A stretch of 64,000 nucleotides of DNA from Mayamaea pseudoterrestris (GCA_027923505.1 BROI01000002.1:62001-126000); one strand, 5' to 3'. Shown: positions 35,713-47,371, numbered from the stretch's first letter. The notes: a model not told the origin generated them from the letters alone. Program-made: numbers and translations.

Positions 35713-35867
35713 GCAGTGCATTGACACTGACCCCGGTAGAAGATGTTGCAGAGCCACACGGTCATTCTATGTCATTGTTAGTAGGCGGCAAGAATGCCTA
35801 GAAGTATGGCAGTGCATTGACACTGACCCCGGTAGAAGATGTTGCAGAGCCACACGGTCATTCTATG
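35713..35867 (+). repeat. 96-bp tandem repeat (also at about 40662-40850)
   Basis: gcagtgcattgacactgaccccggtagaagatg... recurs at 35713 and 35809. Confidence 0.88.
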
Positions 35868-35899
35868 AGTCATTGAAGTACGGAAACCATACATGCCTT

Positions 35900-38800
35900 T
35901 CAAAATGTTGGTACAGATGTAGCCATTGTAGCTTAAGTGTCAAGGTTTTAGAAAAAGTGGAAGGCGTCAGGGAAAATTTGCATGTATTCCTTGTTGCCAT
36001 GGGCATTTTGAGATAAAAATCTTTGTCAATGGTAGCAAAACGTTGCCAGGTGTTGCAGAAACAGCATTGAGGAGGATTTTGACAGCTGTCAAGTCAGCTG
36101 CCTCAGTAGCAGTGGCACCAGGATTGTTGATGCAGTTGCCACCAATGGTTATGCGGACACATTGAGGGTTCTTCTTATTGGGCACCAGGCAGAGACGATG
36201 CACACGTATGTAGCAATCCTTCCATTGGGAACATCATGAGTGGATGAAGCGGAGCCATGCTTGGTGCCTTTCATGTCTTTGTAGCCTTGGTTGAGATGGG
36301 CAAGCTCATCAATCATGACGCCTCCCACACATTGCCTTCACTGCATTTGAGTACGTTTACGCATCTTTGTTGGGTGTCTATGCGACATAGGTGGACCAGG
36401 CGGGATTCGGTTTGGTCCCCACAAACCAGCCTCGCCACAGGCGGACGATGGCGAGGCAGGCCTCGCCACTGGCAAGGGGATGGCGAAGCATTTAACTGAC
36501 CTACTCTCTAACTATTTGTTCTATCACCAGTAATTCATGGCTACTAACGCCAAAGCACCTTAATTACCCACAAACTGGCAAGTTCACTGACTATCATACC
36601 CAGGAGGTTCGAGCCAGCCTGCACCTTGGCGATGCACAAGCATTACAATGTAGCAGTAACAATAAGCCATCACATCTACCAAACGAAGCAAACCTTCTTT
36701 GATTTCTAGTTACTTGCAAGTAGTAACAACTGAGCCCTTCAGTTGACCTTTGACTGAATTACCATAACAACAATCTTGGCAACACAGCTAGTATTGGGAT
36801 TGATGACACTGTCAAGGTAAGCAAAGCCAAGGTGGTTACAAGTTGTTTTGAGGGAGGTTCATTTGGCAACACCACGGCCAAACTTATGGAGAACTACAAG
36901 TGCTTGGAAGATGATAATTGGGTGCTGCAATGGAGCAGTAGGAAAGATAGACAGATGGCTGGGATGGTTGCGATGGGGAAGGGGGACAGTGGGAAAGGAT
37001 GGAGAAAATAAACGTATTGGAGAGCAAGTTGTTTGTTGCGGCAAGAATGTTGCAGGGAAAGGGATAATAAGTTATCATGGGTGGAGGGATTAGCATGGAG
37101 AGGTGTGGGTTGGGGATGGGCAGCTAATCCTTGCAATGGTGGTGGAGCAGTCGGTGATATCATCAAAAGTGATGGCAGGTGAGGTAGGCTTGCTTAAGGT
37201 TGGTGCCATCAGGTGGTGCGCCAGGCGTGTTGGTTGGCAAAGGTGCAGTTGTTGGTGGTCAATCAAGCGGAGACGTTGGTGTCAGATTGGTGACCCGAGT
37301 GGGTGCGCTTGATGAAAGGGGGGTTGTCAAGAGGCCGGTGTTGGATTGGTGACACAAGTAGGTGCACTTGGCAAAGAGGGGAGAGCCGTATCTGCAACCA
37401 CCCTCAGTTGTGGCGCAAACCCAAGCAGCAGGGAGCCAGGCAAGTTGTTTATCCTCAGAGGTGATGTGGGGTTGGCAGCAGGCAGCTGGTAGAACGTGAT
37501 GAGTATGGCCAGAGTGTGTACAGAACCATCCATGGTTGGCACAAGTACAGACTGCGGGTCTGTGGAGGCAATGGCAGTCTTGAGGTTGTCCAATGCAGCA
37601 TGTATGCATGAGTTGGGCATAGATAGCAGCACGGGGTGGTCAGTGGGGGGAATCAGGCAACTTGGTGGCACATCCGTCTTGCGTTTGTCTTCCAAATATA
37701 CATGCAATGGCAGCAATAGAAATCAAGTGCTGGCCAAGATACCAGCTGTCAAACACTTGGGGTTCTAAAAAGCTGTGGTGCTCGGCAGGGGACGAGCAAG
37801 GATGCATATCCCAATGGGAGTAAGGGGCGTGCAATCGAGGTCAAACAGACCATGGATGGGCATGTAGGCAGAGAGTTGGATGGGCGTGTCAGCAGAGAGT
37901 TTGGGGTTGATGCAAGATCTGTGGCACATATTTAAAGCAATTGCAGTCTGGGGCAGGAGCTTGTCCCAGAAATGAAGGGGAAATCCTTTGTTGACACCAC
38001 AGTGGATGCCAACAAAATGGTTTTCAAAGGTGTTATTGGCATGTTCCGCCAAGTTGTGGTGGTGCAGATCATGGCTGGCCCACTAGAAATCTATCTTTTG
38101 GTTGTGCATGTAATCTTTAAGTAGCTGAGAGCATTTGTTATCAAGGCGTTGGAGCTTGAGTTGCAGACTGATTCCAAATGAGGCATTTGAGTAGGGACTT
38201 GTAGGCTATGAGAAGGCAGGTGGCGCTGCAATCCTTGAAGAATTCAAGCCAGATAGAATTACTGCAATCATAAAGACCCATGATGTATTGATGCCCATTA
38301 ATAGAGGGATCAAACACCTCACCAGCCTGATTGGTATAGATTCGCCCAGTAGGTTGGAAGAACAAGGTGTAGCAATGGTGCCACATTTCAACGCTTCCCT
38401 CTTGTGGAGAAACTTGTTGTTGTCATCATCTTCATCTGTTGCTGGTGTTGGAGTTTTTGTGGATAATGGCCTTGATGAAGAGCCTTCATGTGATCTTTAT
38501 GCCTGGCAATGGAGGGGGGTTGCTGCTTGCGGAGGTTGCTGGCCGTGAGGCCAGGAAAGTGGGGCAACATACCCTTGGATATGGCAGCCTCAAGGGTATG
38601 GAGACTGGGCAAGCCAAGAGTGGCATGGTGGAATTTGATGAGCTCAAGTAAAAAGGCATCTTCAATGGTGGTGAAGGTGCTTTGAGGTGCAGGTAGATCC
38701 ATTTGCCAGTGCCAGTGAGAGGACATTGAGTACTGCAAAAGATGAGCTTGTTTTGGTATTGCACAAGGACACGCTTCTTGTCAAGGGAGATGAAACATCC

Positions 38801-39300
38801 TGCATCTCAAAGTGTGGCAAGGGAGAGGAGGGAGTGATGGATAAAGCAGGAACAATGTGAGTTTTAGTGGCCAACTTGGGGAGACCGGGGATGCTGAGTG
38901 TTGCCTCATGGGTGTTTGAATTGCAAGCAAGTGTGTTGAAGGAGTCTTGTTAAAAATAGGAGTGGTGACATGATGAAGTGGGCAGATGTGCCACTGTCAG
39001 CTATGAGGGTAAAAGTAGGAACGGTGGGGGAACCAGTGATAGAGGATAACAAAAAACAACTACTATACGCAGGTGACAAGTTGTTATAGTTGTTAATAAT
39101 CACTGGGATCCCTCCATCTCAGGTGCATGGGTTGGCCAGGTTGCGGAATCATTTTGGTGGTGGTGCCACCCATGGTATTGTCAGCAGTCACTGTGGTGCC
39201 ATGACTGGGACCAGGGTTCTGGCGAGTAGCACTGGTATGTCAGTATTTGAGGCCAAAACCGTGTGTGTGGCAGTAATGATGCTGTAGCAGGCATGATAGC
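35900..39300 (-). mobile_element. Degenerate Ty1/copia (CoDi-like) LTR retrotransposon, gag-PR-INT-RT, RT truncated
   Basis: Gag knuckle YCHTHG..HTSAT..NTMGG (~39150-39285), PR IADSGTSAHF, pre-INT FPGLTA, INT TGRIYTNQAG and FPLHFWDKLLPQ..INPKLSA, RT VRITIGGN..PG..ADLTAVKILLNAV; many stops and frameshifts. Confidence 0.9.
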
Positions 39301-40109
39301 TGGAGCTAGGGTGGGTGTGATGGGTGTCTCAGTGGTGACCTATTAGTTATGGGCATCTTTTTATACTGACTGCTGGCTAGAAGCTTGGTGATGTAGGTCT
39401 TAGTGCCCCAGACGTTTGTTTCATTTCTGTCAAAGCCAAAGTTTGCTGAGGAGGTATTCAGGAAACCAGATACCTGTAAGACTAAAGTTGTACATTGCAA
39501 AAGAGTTGATAGAATGCAGCTGGATGTACCACAATTGCCATGCCATGATAACATTATTTATTTATGTGCAAATATACTCATAACAATTGTCGGTGATGCA
39601 CATCTATACATCAAGATTGGTGCAGAACATCTTGATTCATTCTACATGTAGGACATCCACATGCTACTTGTAGAAGTGTGATTTACTGGATCATAGATTG
39701 TTGAAAGCCTTGCACATCATCACTGTGGGGGTTTCAAAAAGTCACAACATTTGAGTTCTGCATAAGAGTAAACACAATTGCGGGGCTGGGAGGTGGTAGG
39801 ATCAATGGTTTTGCAAAGCCTACAACACCTTTTGTATGCTCCACGCGGACAAACACTGCCAATCAGTGGAAAGTAAAGAAAATACTGTTGAGATAGCTAA
39901 CACGGTCGGTCATTGTGAGGGGTCATTGCATAAGCGCATAGCTTGACATCATCTGTGTATTTCTGGCGACACACCAATTGAGGTTGTAAAGCATGTCCGG
40001 ACACATCCTACCACAGAAAATATTCTTGTTTAACATAACAATGGATATATCTAGGGCATGACTTTAAAAAGGTAACGGTCGTGACGCGAACAGATCACTG
40101 TGTCTGCGC

Positions 40110-40813
40110 CTCCGCAATTGTGACTCTATGGCGCAATTGGCAGCGCATCGGATTCCAGAGACATGTAACACATACGGATGTACCCGAAGGTTGGGGGTTC
40201 GAGTCCCTCTGGGGTCACCTCTTTTGTCCCTTTGCGAAAGGTTGCTTGTTCCTTTTTGTCTTGCGTAGTAAGTGGGCCTGCAGGCGACGTGCAAAAACGT
40301 TTTCTTGGACCTCCAGTGAGTCTGCTCTATCCAATATTCTTCCTTTGTCCTCACCATTGTCATTCTTTTATGTAGAAGTACTTTTTATCAACATAAAGCA
40401 TTTGTTGAGGAGGGTGGAAAGGGTACAATCCAGCATTCACTGTCAATTCCCATACTCTGCTCTACCTAAGCAAGTGTAAGGTCAGAGGTTCAATTCTATG
40501 CAGACCTTTTTGCTTTTTCCCTTATCTACACTGGGAATGCCATTTTTAATTCTATGATCACACATTTGTGGGCTTAAGAGGTGGTAGGATCAATGGTTTT
40601 ACTAAGCCTGCAACAACTTTTGCATACTCTGTTATGTGCACAAACATTGCCAAACAAGGATGCAGTGCATTGACACTGACCCCGGTAGAAGATGCAGAGC
40701 CACACGGTCATTCTATGTCATTGTTAGTAGGTGGCAAGAATGCCTAGAAGTATGGCAGTGCATTGACACTGACCCCGGTAGAAGATGTTGCAGAGCCACA
40801 CGGTCATTCTATG
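40110..40813 (+). repeat. Direct repeat copy B (matches 35184-35867)
   Basis: Direct sequence match. Confidence 0.93.
40122..40217 (+). tRNA. tRNA-Trp(CCA) with 23-nt intron (40159-40181)
   Basis: Intact acceptor, D and T stems (GGGGG/CCCTC); insertion one base 3' of the CCA anticodon, the canonical 37/38 site. Confidence 0.92.
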
Positions 40814-41149
40814 TCATTGTTAGTAGGCGGCAAGAATGCCTAGATGTATGCCATGGGGTGGGGAGGTGGTAGGATTAATAATTTACTAAGCCTGCAATGA
40901 CTTTTGTGCGCTCCACCCACACATTGCCAAACAGTAGGTGCAGTACTTACACCGACATTGGCCCTCAGGTAGATTAAGTGGCTGAGCCACATGGTCATTT
41001 TATAAGGCTTGGAGTAGACTGCAAGAGCGGTAAAAAGTATGGTATTTCACACAGGAATGGTGTATAATATATTTCAGGCTTTTACCTGGCATACTGGTAG
41101 CTGTCATAGGTGATGCATAGTAACCTTGTTGACTGTGGATAGCTTGTCA

Positions 41150-41600
41150 TCCTCTTGCTCCAAGTCTGTCTCTCAGCAATCAACCAAGCAGCTTGCCAAC
41201 AAGTATATCATCAAGTGCCTCGATTACCGAGCCCAACGAGTCATCTATTGCAAGACTCAGTCTCCTTTCCAGTGGAGCACCAAGCGTGATACCTTCTGTG
41301 GCTCCCAGTCTGTCTCCCAGCACTCAAGTAAGCAGCTTGCCAACAAGTGTGCATTAAGTGGCCTAAGCACCAAACAGTAAGTCATCTACTGCAAGATTCA
41401 GTCTTCTTCTCAGTGCTGCTACCAAGCATGTCATCCTCTGTGGCTCCCAGTCTGTCTCCCAGCACTCAAGCAGCAGCTTGCCTACAAGGGCGCCAACAAG
41501 TGGCCCAAGCATCAAAACCAGTGAGTTCTCCATTGCAAGACTCTATCTCCTTCCCAGTGCAGCACCAAGCTTGTTATTCTCCATAATTCCCAGCTTGTTT
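41150..41600 (+). repeat. About three degenerate ~143-bp tandem units; probable relic of a PSxxPS-repeat gene
   Basis: cc(c/a)agtctgtctc(c/t)cagca at ~41160, ~41304 and ~41446; translates in part as LPSMSSSVAPSLSPSTQ. Confidence 0.65.
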
Positions 41601-42496
41601 CCAAGCACTTACTATTGTGGTTGGTTAAAGCAAGCCATCGTTTTAAAATAATATTAATCAATGAAGTACCAAGCTTGCCACTCATACTATTGCCAATAGC
41701 CCTCACCCATTGTGTTCCCATCTTTTTCTTAGTGCCAATCAAAAGGAATATTAAACACTTGTGCAGATAGTGTAGACAAGCAGCCAAGTGTGCAGAATGC
41801 ATGCACATCAAGATTTCCAGCACGGCACTGCTACAGATGCACTCACTCAACCATCTGAGCTTGACACTGCCGCAACTGGAGCCCTCTCTTTGTTGACCCT
41901 GGCCTGCATACCAGAGTAGTTTTTACTTATTGCAGATGTTGTGATGCACATGCCACGGAACATTCAAATGACCAAGGTAAACTTAGCAATGCCATAAGCA
42001 TGTTTTAAGCATAATCACAAATGAGGAAACAAGCAGGCATGTACACATACAATACAAACAGGAATAGGCAGCTCGATGGACATGCCATTGCGCAAGTTTG
42101 CATGTGCATTATGTGCAGGCATGGTAACTTTCAATCAACAATCTAAGCTTGACACTGCTGCAAGGGAGCTGCTGTGGTTGTGCCAGGCCTTCCAGTAGGA
42201 CATCTAAGAAAGGGACTATTGCCACAGATGCACTTTTCCTTTTGTTCAACTGAAAGTAAGTGCTAACATCCCAGGTGTACATACTGCTTGTTCCGCAGGA
42301 AGTGTAGCGCAGCCAGGACAGACTCCAGTCACATGGCTCAATGACCTCGTACAATGATCCTTGTAAGCTTTTTAAAACCATTTATCCTACCAGCTCCCCG
42401 CCCCGCGGATGTGGTATAATGGTCCGAGCAATACTATAGCCCAAAACAAGACGTTTCCTTGTTTATAGATTTTGCTTATAGTGCTAGCTGTTTATG

Positions 42497-43351
42497 TTAT
42501 TTAACCTTCTTCCGGTCATCTTCGCGCTCGTTCAGGTCATTCTTTGCGTGAATGCCTTCCACTCCCATCAGCTTTCGCTTCGCTTTCTTGACAATCTTGA
42601 TGAACCAAAACAGGTTCAACGAATGGAAAAAGATGCCGACTACCATGGCGACTGGATACACGAGCGGCGACATGCATGCTTGGTAGGTTGGATTGGAGCG
42701 CTCTTGATACATTGTCACCATGAGCTGAAACCACATGTAAGGCACCAAGACTATTCGAAAGATGAAAAATGTCAAAGCAAAGGATGCTTGAATCATGCCC
42801 GCCATGAATGGACTTAAAAAGTCGGCTCGCACAATCGTCAGCAAGGGCGTCGACACCTCCATGAGCAAAAACGGCTCAATCAGATGTGGTGTTTGCTGGG
42901 AACAAAAGAACACCATCACCGCCAACGTCGCAATCCCATGTAGCATAAAGTCGGTACTAATGTAGTAGCCGTCATACAGATCAAGTATGCTGTAGCCTGC
43001 CGTGACGGCCGGCAGAATTCGATGCAGAACCGTCAATGGCCCACTGCACTGACAGCTCCGCAGTGGCTCGGGCGTTCCAGTAAGTTCTTTGGCATGAAAG
43101 TCCATGTACATGCACGCCAGAGCTCCCGTGGCGCTGACAATGCCATGCAATAAAGCGTACCAGTCGATGCCTCGCTTCTTGTGGCAAATATTGCGGACAG
43201 CGACGAGGATGAGTAGCGTGCCAAGGGCAACGGCTCGAAGATCCCAGTTCCATGCACCATATTGCTCCAACGTTGCCGCAACGTTCAATATGGATCGCAC
43301 AGGTAGCGATACATGTTTATGCCGTAGCAGATCCGCTGCCGAAATTGCCAT
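42497..43351 (-). CDS. TLC (TRAM/LAG1/CLN8) domain membrane protein
   Basis: GYSILDL, MLHG, LLMEVSTPLL, FALTFFIFRIV, LNLFWFIKI. Confidence 0.88.
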   Translation of the reverse strand: MAISAADLLRHKHVSLPVRSILNVAATLEQYGAWNWDLRAVALGTLLILVAVRNICHKKRGIDWYALLHGIVSATGALACMYMDFHAKELTGTPEPLRSCQCSGPLTVLHRILPAVTAGYSILDLYDGYYISTDFMLHGIATLAVMVFFCSQQTPHLIEPFLLMEVSTPLLTIVRADFLSPFMAGMIQASFALTFFIFRIVLVPYMWFQLMVTMYQERSNPTYQACMSPLVYPVAMVVGIFFHSLNLFWFIKIVKKAKRKLMGVEGIHAKNDLNEREDDRKKVK

Positions 43352-43635
43352 GGTGGAAAATGGCCGACGACGACACGACACGATCGAATGGAATTCTGCG
43401 TGACGGAAGATTCGTCTAACGAATGATGACGTTCGCCAGTAACCTCATCTCTAGTGCACCAAATCGATGAAGCTTAGCGCATTGACAGTGCGACAGGTGT
43501 TTTCATTCGCGAATGGTTCAACGAAATCGCCGCGAGACGCCGATAACGCTGCGATCTCCGCCACCTCGCGCGGCCATGAAGGAACGGCTATTTTTCACCC
43601 TTGTTACGTAACAATTACAAAGGAAACAACGTGAA

Positions 43636-45072
43636 ATGCGTTTCATGATTAGCGAGAGAAGGAATCTCTCTTTGAAAGCGCCGAAAAAGCTTCTCCATGT
43701 GTTTCTTTTGATCCTCGCGTTTGCCTGGACCACATCTGCGGATGCAAAAGCTGCAACTAATAGCGAAACGTCTCATGCATTAAACCTCTCCAGCAGCAGC
43801 AATTCATCTTCATTGTCATCACTGGCTCCTACTATAAGCAATACATCGACCGTCATCTTGTCAGAGACGGAACTATACGACGGATCATCATGGCAACCAG
43901 TCTCATGGACCGACGCTAGCACGGGCGAAACGGCGCCGTCACCTTCCGACTATCCAGATCCATTGTTTGGAAAATGGATATCGGAATGGAAGATTGTCAC
44001 GGGACCGACCCGAGACGAGTTTGGATGGGAGTACAAGACGAACCGCAGGCGCAAGCGCACCTGGTTGCGCACGTATGAAATTGTGTCTGCTTCCGACGCC
44101 AACAAGCGTGCAACGACGCGAGGCGCCTTTGCAATCATGACATCACCTTTCGCGACGGCGGCAACAAGTCGAAGAAACGTTTCGCCAATAGCAAAGCTTG
44201 CTCGCTCCATTCGCGACAGCTACAACTTTAAAGGCTTTGGCTTGACGTTCTACAAGTCGCTGGTCTTTCGCCAGTCGTTTGGAATGGCACTGCGCGTACC
44301 AATCACTTTCAATTTTAACTTGTGGGAGGAACATCCATCACTACCTGGTGTGGGAGCCAGCATTGCCGTCTATCATCCATGGGTGGTTTGCGTCTTTATC
44401 AACATTTCGCTACGCATGGAAGTTATTCAGTGGGCCATGACCACGAGCGTTGCCACCGTTGTCTATGTCACCTTTTGGCTCGTGTGGACGCTGCTGCTGC
44501 GTGGACTCATTGTGGCGGGCGGCGCCTTGTTCTTTCCCGTGACGCGCAAGTTTTACCAGCCGGCGTTTCCACTGGCCAAGCCAAACTGGCAGGGACCTGA
44601 TTTTAGTCGGTCTGTCGAGGAGCGACTCGGCATGTCGTGGAGCTGGAGGTTTTCGAAACTGCGAGGCTTCGAGCATCGTGTCGGCTACTCGCACTACTTT
44701 GCGCATTCGCTCGTGGCGTTGCTAAAGGCCAGAAACATTCAAAAAATACCCAGTTGGATGGTGCGACGAGTGGTGGCCGTTGGCACTGGTATCAGTGGAC
44801 CCATTCATGACCAACCATACATTACTGCGAACGGTCTGTTGAGCTTGAGTGGTCTTTACTTTAGTCGACGAAATCGACAAGTCAAAACGCCGTCAAAGAT
44901 TGAGGAAAGCGTGGCGGCAGCATTGACAGTCAAGCAACCAATGTTGGACGTTGCGCCAGACGGCGAGAATGTCTCGCTTGATGACGATGCAGCAACAAAT
45001 GCTGCAATCAAGTCCTTGCCATTGGCAAAGCTTGTGCCACAATCCAAATCAAAGTCAAAAGTGCCAAGCTGA
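43636..45072 (+). CDS. Signal-peptide membrane protein with DysF/peroxin-like segment
   Basis: KWISEWKI...DEFGWEY...RRRKRTWLR; later hydrophobic segments. Confidence 0.6.
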   Translation: MRFMISERRNLSLKAPKKLLHVFLLILAFAWTTSADAKAATNSETSHALNLSSSSNSSSLSSLAPTISNTSTVILSETELYDGSSWQPVSWTDASTGETAPSPSDYPDPLFGKWISEWKIVTGPTRDEFGWEYKTNRRRKRTWLRTYEIVSASDANKRATTRGAFAIMTSPFATAATSRRNVSPIAKLARSIRDSYNFKGFGLTFYKSLVFRQSFGMALRVPITFNFNLWEEHPSLPGVGASIAVYHPWVVCVFINISLRMEVIQWAMTTSVATVVYVTFWLVWTLLLRGLIVAGGALFFPVTRKFYQPAFPLAKPNWQGPDFSRSVEERLGMSWSWRFSKLRGFEHRVGYSHYFAHSLVALLKARNIQKIPSWMVRRVVAVGTGISGPIHDQPYITANGLLSLSGLYFSRRNRQVKTPSKIEESVAAALTVKQPMLDVAPDGENVSLDDDAATNAAIKSLPLAKLVPQSKSKSKVPS

Positions 45073-45621
45073 TACTTTACTACTGGCAGGGCATTTGCTG
45101 TTGACGCGTAAACACAGTACGGGCCAACATTACGGGCCAACATTGGGCCGTGCACATCTCTTCCGACTCACATTTGACGAGGCAAGAGGAATATTAGAAT
45201 AAACTATAGATATTACTTACATTGAAAGATGTTACTGAGTTCAGGGCACCATTTCTTCAGCTACTGTACGGCTTCACGCGGAAAAACGTAGTCGTCGCAC
45301 ACCCTCGACAGCCGGTGAAAGCGATCGCGGATATATCGCACGGCAATGTGTATGCCATAAGTGCCTGCGCCGTCATTTACTGATGTTAAGTGCTGCTGCC
45401 GTATGGGACGTCTGGCTTGGCTGCGATTGCCATTGCTCACACGCTGCACCGGAGAAGCTGTCGACATGTTTAGATGCTCGCTTGCGCGTAGAGCTTCGCT
45501 ACAAGATGTAGTCAATACAAACAAAGCTATTCAGGTATATTACTAAGAAGCCTAAATATCTAATATGTTCATAGTGGCCTTTTTGCGCTTCAATCAAGTA
45601 ACCAAAGTCGAGATATCATTC

Positions 45622-47371
45622 TTAGGCAGCATTTGGGTTCAAATCAGGCGAGTAGGCCGCAAAGGAAAAGAGTCCAGCAGAAAATAGGACACAGCAAAAG
45701 AACAACAATACCCAACTGCAGCAAACCTTGAGGAGGAAGAGCCATTGAATACTCTTCTTTCCGCCCAGCATGCCAACTCCAGTGACGGCACCGACGATGC
45801 ACTGGGTTGAAGAGACTGGGATACCCAAAAACGAGGCGGTGACAACGCACAAGGAGGCTCCAAGTTCGGCAGACGCTCCACGAGACGGTGAAAGCTTGGT
45901 GAGCTTGTATCCGAGCGACTTCATGACACGGTATCCGTACAACGCGAGGCCAATGACAATTGCAAGACCTCCAAACGCCAACACCCACTTTTGGACGGTG
46001 GCATCCTTGTTCACAACGCCAGTCTGGTAGATTTGGATGACGGCACTCATGGGAGCAATCGTGTTGGCAACGTCATTGGCTCCATGAGCAAAGGAGTTGA
46101 GGCAAGCGGTAAAGACTTGGACGTAGTTGAAAAGACCTTCAGCATTCTCGTCAAAAGTTTCTTGTTCGTCCCAGATCTCGGCGGCGCGCGGTGATTCGTG
46201 CATGGATTGCGCATGCAAGTCCTGCTCCCAGGGCATCTTCTTGCGCCAGTTGGTGGGCGGGGCTTGCTCTGGTACGGCTGGATCCTCGCCGCCGACACCT
46301 TCCTCACCGTTGGCAGTGATGCTCTGCTCCGGCTTGGTGGTATCATCCTCGTCCTCAAGAGCAGCCTCCGCCTTGGCAGCATCTGCATCCGCCTTATCAA
46401 CCTCGGCTTTCTCCAAGGCGGCGTCGCGCTCGGCAAAGTGGGCTTCAACGCGCTTGCGGGCGCAGGGGCCGACGATGAAGATCCAAATGAGACCGCAGAA
46501 AGCTCCAGCGCCAATGGAAGTTGGCAAGACCCACTTGACATCAACCTTTTCTTGAAAGTCTTTGAAATTCGCCGCACCCTTGTATAGAACATAAAAGAGA
46601 TTGATGCTGATAGAGAACGCATGGTTAGTTTCAGGTTATCGGTAGTTCAAAACCAGTTCTTGTCGCATTCGCAAGTAACTTACCCAACTCCGACAGTCAA
46701 CACGACCGGGAACGAATAGTAGGCGCGGTTGTACGGATCCTTGGCCTTCATGACGCAATACTTGACGAGGGCAAAGATGATGGCACCAAACGTTCCACTG
46801 ATCAATGGGGAGGCAAGCCAAGAAAGAATGATCTTCTTGATGACGTCCCAGTCGACCGAACCGAATCCCTTGGCGGCAATGGTGAATCCGAGGATGCACC
46901 CGACAATGTCGTGCGTCGTGGAGACGGGCATACCGAAGTAGGTGGCAATGAAAAGCATCAAGTTGGCCTGATAGTAAGCGCGAGACATATGCATGGGTTA
47001 GCGAAAAGGTTTAGGTAGCTTCCACGTGCATAAGTATGATGCATGCGCGGAATTCCACGTCTTCCAAGACTTACCGAAATGAGCGAGGTAAACATTCCAA
47101 ACATGAGGACGTATGGCTCATCCGCGTAGAGCTCAACATCAAACAGTTTAGATCGAACTGTTGAGGTCACCGAGGCACCCAAAAAGAAGGCGCCAGTAAA
47201 TTCAAAGACCGCAGCGCAAAGAACGGCTTGCTTCAACGTGAGCGACTTGGCAGAAACGGAGGAGGCAAAGGCATTGGCCACATCGTTAGCTCCAATCAAG
47301 AAGCCGTAGAAGAAGCCAAAGATACCGCCAATGACGGCAATCCAAAGGTACGAGGTATCGGGAGCTGCCAT
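45622..47371 (-). CDS. PiT/SLC20 (PHO4) Na+/phosphate cotransporter; introns 46968-47074, 46607-46683
   Basis: Two GANDVAN signatures, PVSTTH and PVSSTQ. Confidence 0.95.

Larger units (their letters stand above)
35184..35867 (+). repeat. Direct repeat copy A (matches 40110-40813)
   Basis: Near-identical by eye: 23-nt tRNA intron, a 3-nt indel and about 4 substitutions. Confidence 0.93.
39780..42406. mobile_element. Putative decayed TIR (MITE-like) element(s)
   Basis: gcggggctgggaggtggtaggatcaatggtttt at 39780 is inverted at 42361-42406; more same-orientation copies at ~35625, ~40575 and ~40855; no TSD found. Confidence 0.5.

Noticed and set aside
35184..40813. The direct repeats as the LTRs of the enclosed copia element
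   Set aside because: No TG...CA ends, PBS or PPT seen; the repeats are near-identical while the interior is heavily decayed, and RT is truncated near the left repeat
35713..40850. 96-bp repeats as a CRISPR-like array
   Set aside because: Contiguous tandem units without unique spacers; eukaryotic context and no cas genes
45121..45149. gggccaacatt tandem duplication
   Set aside because: Tiny 3'-UTR slippage repeat with no further support
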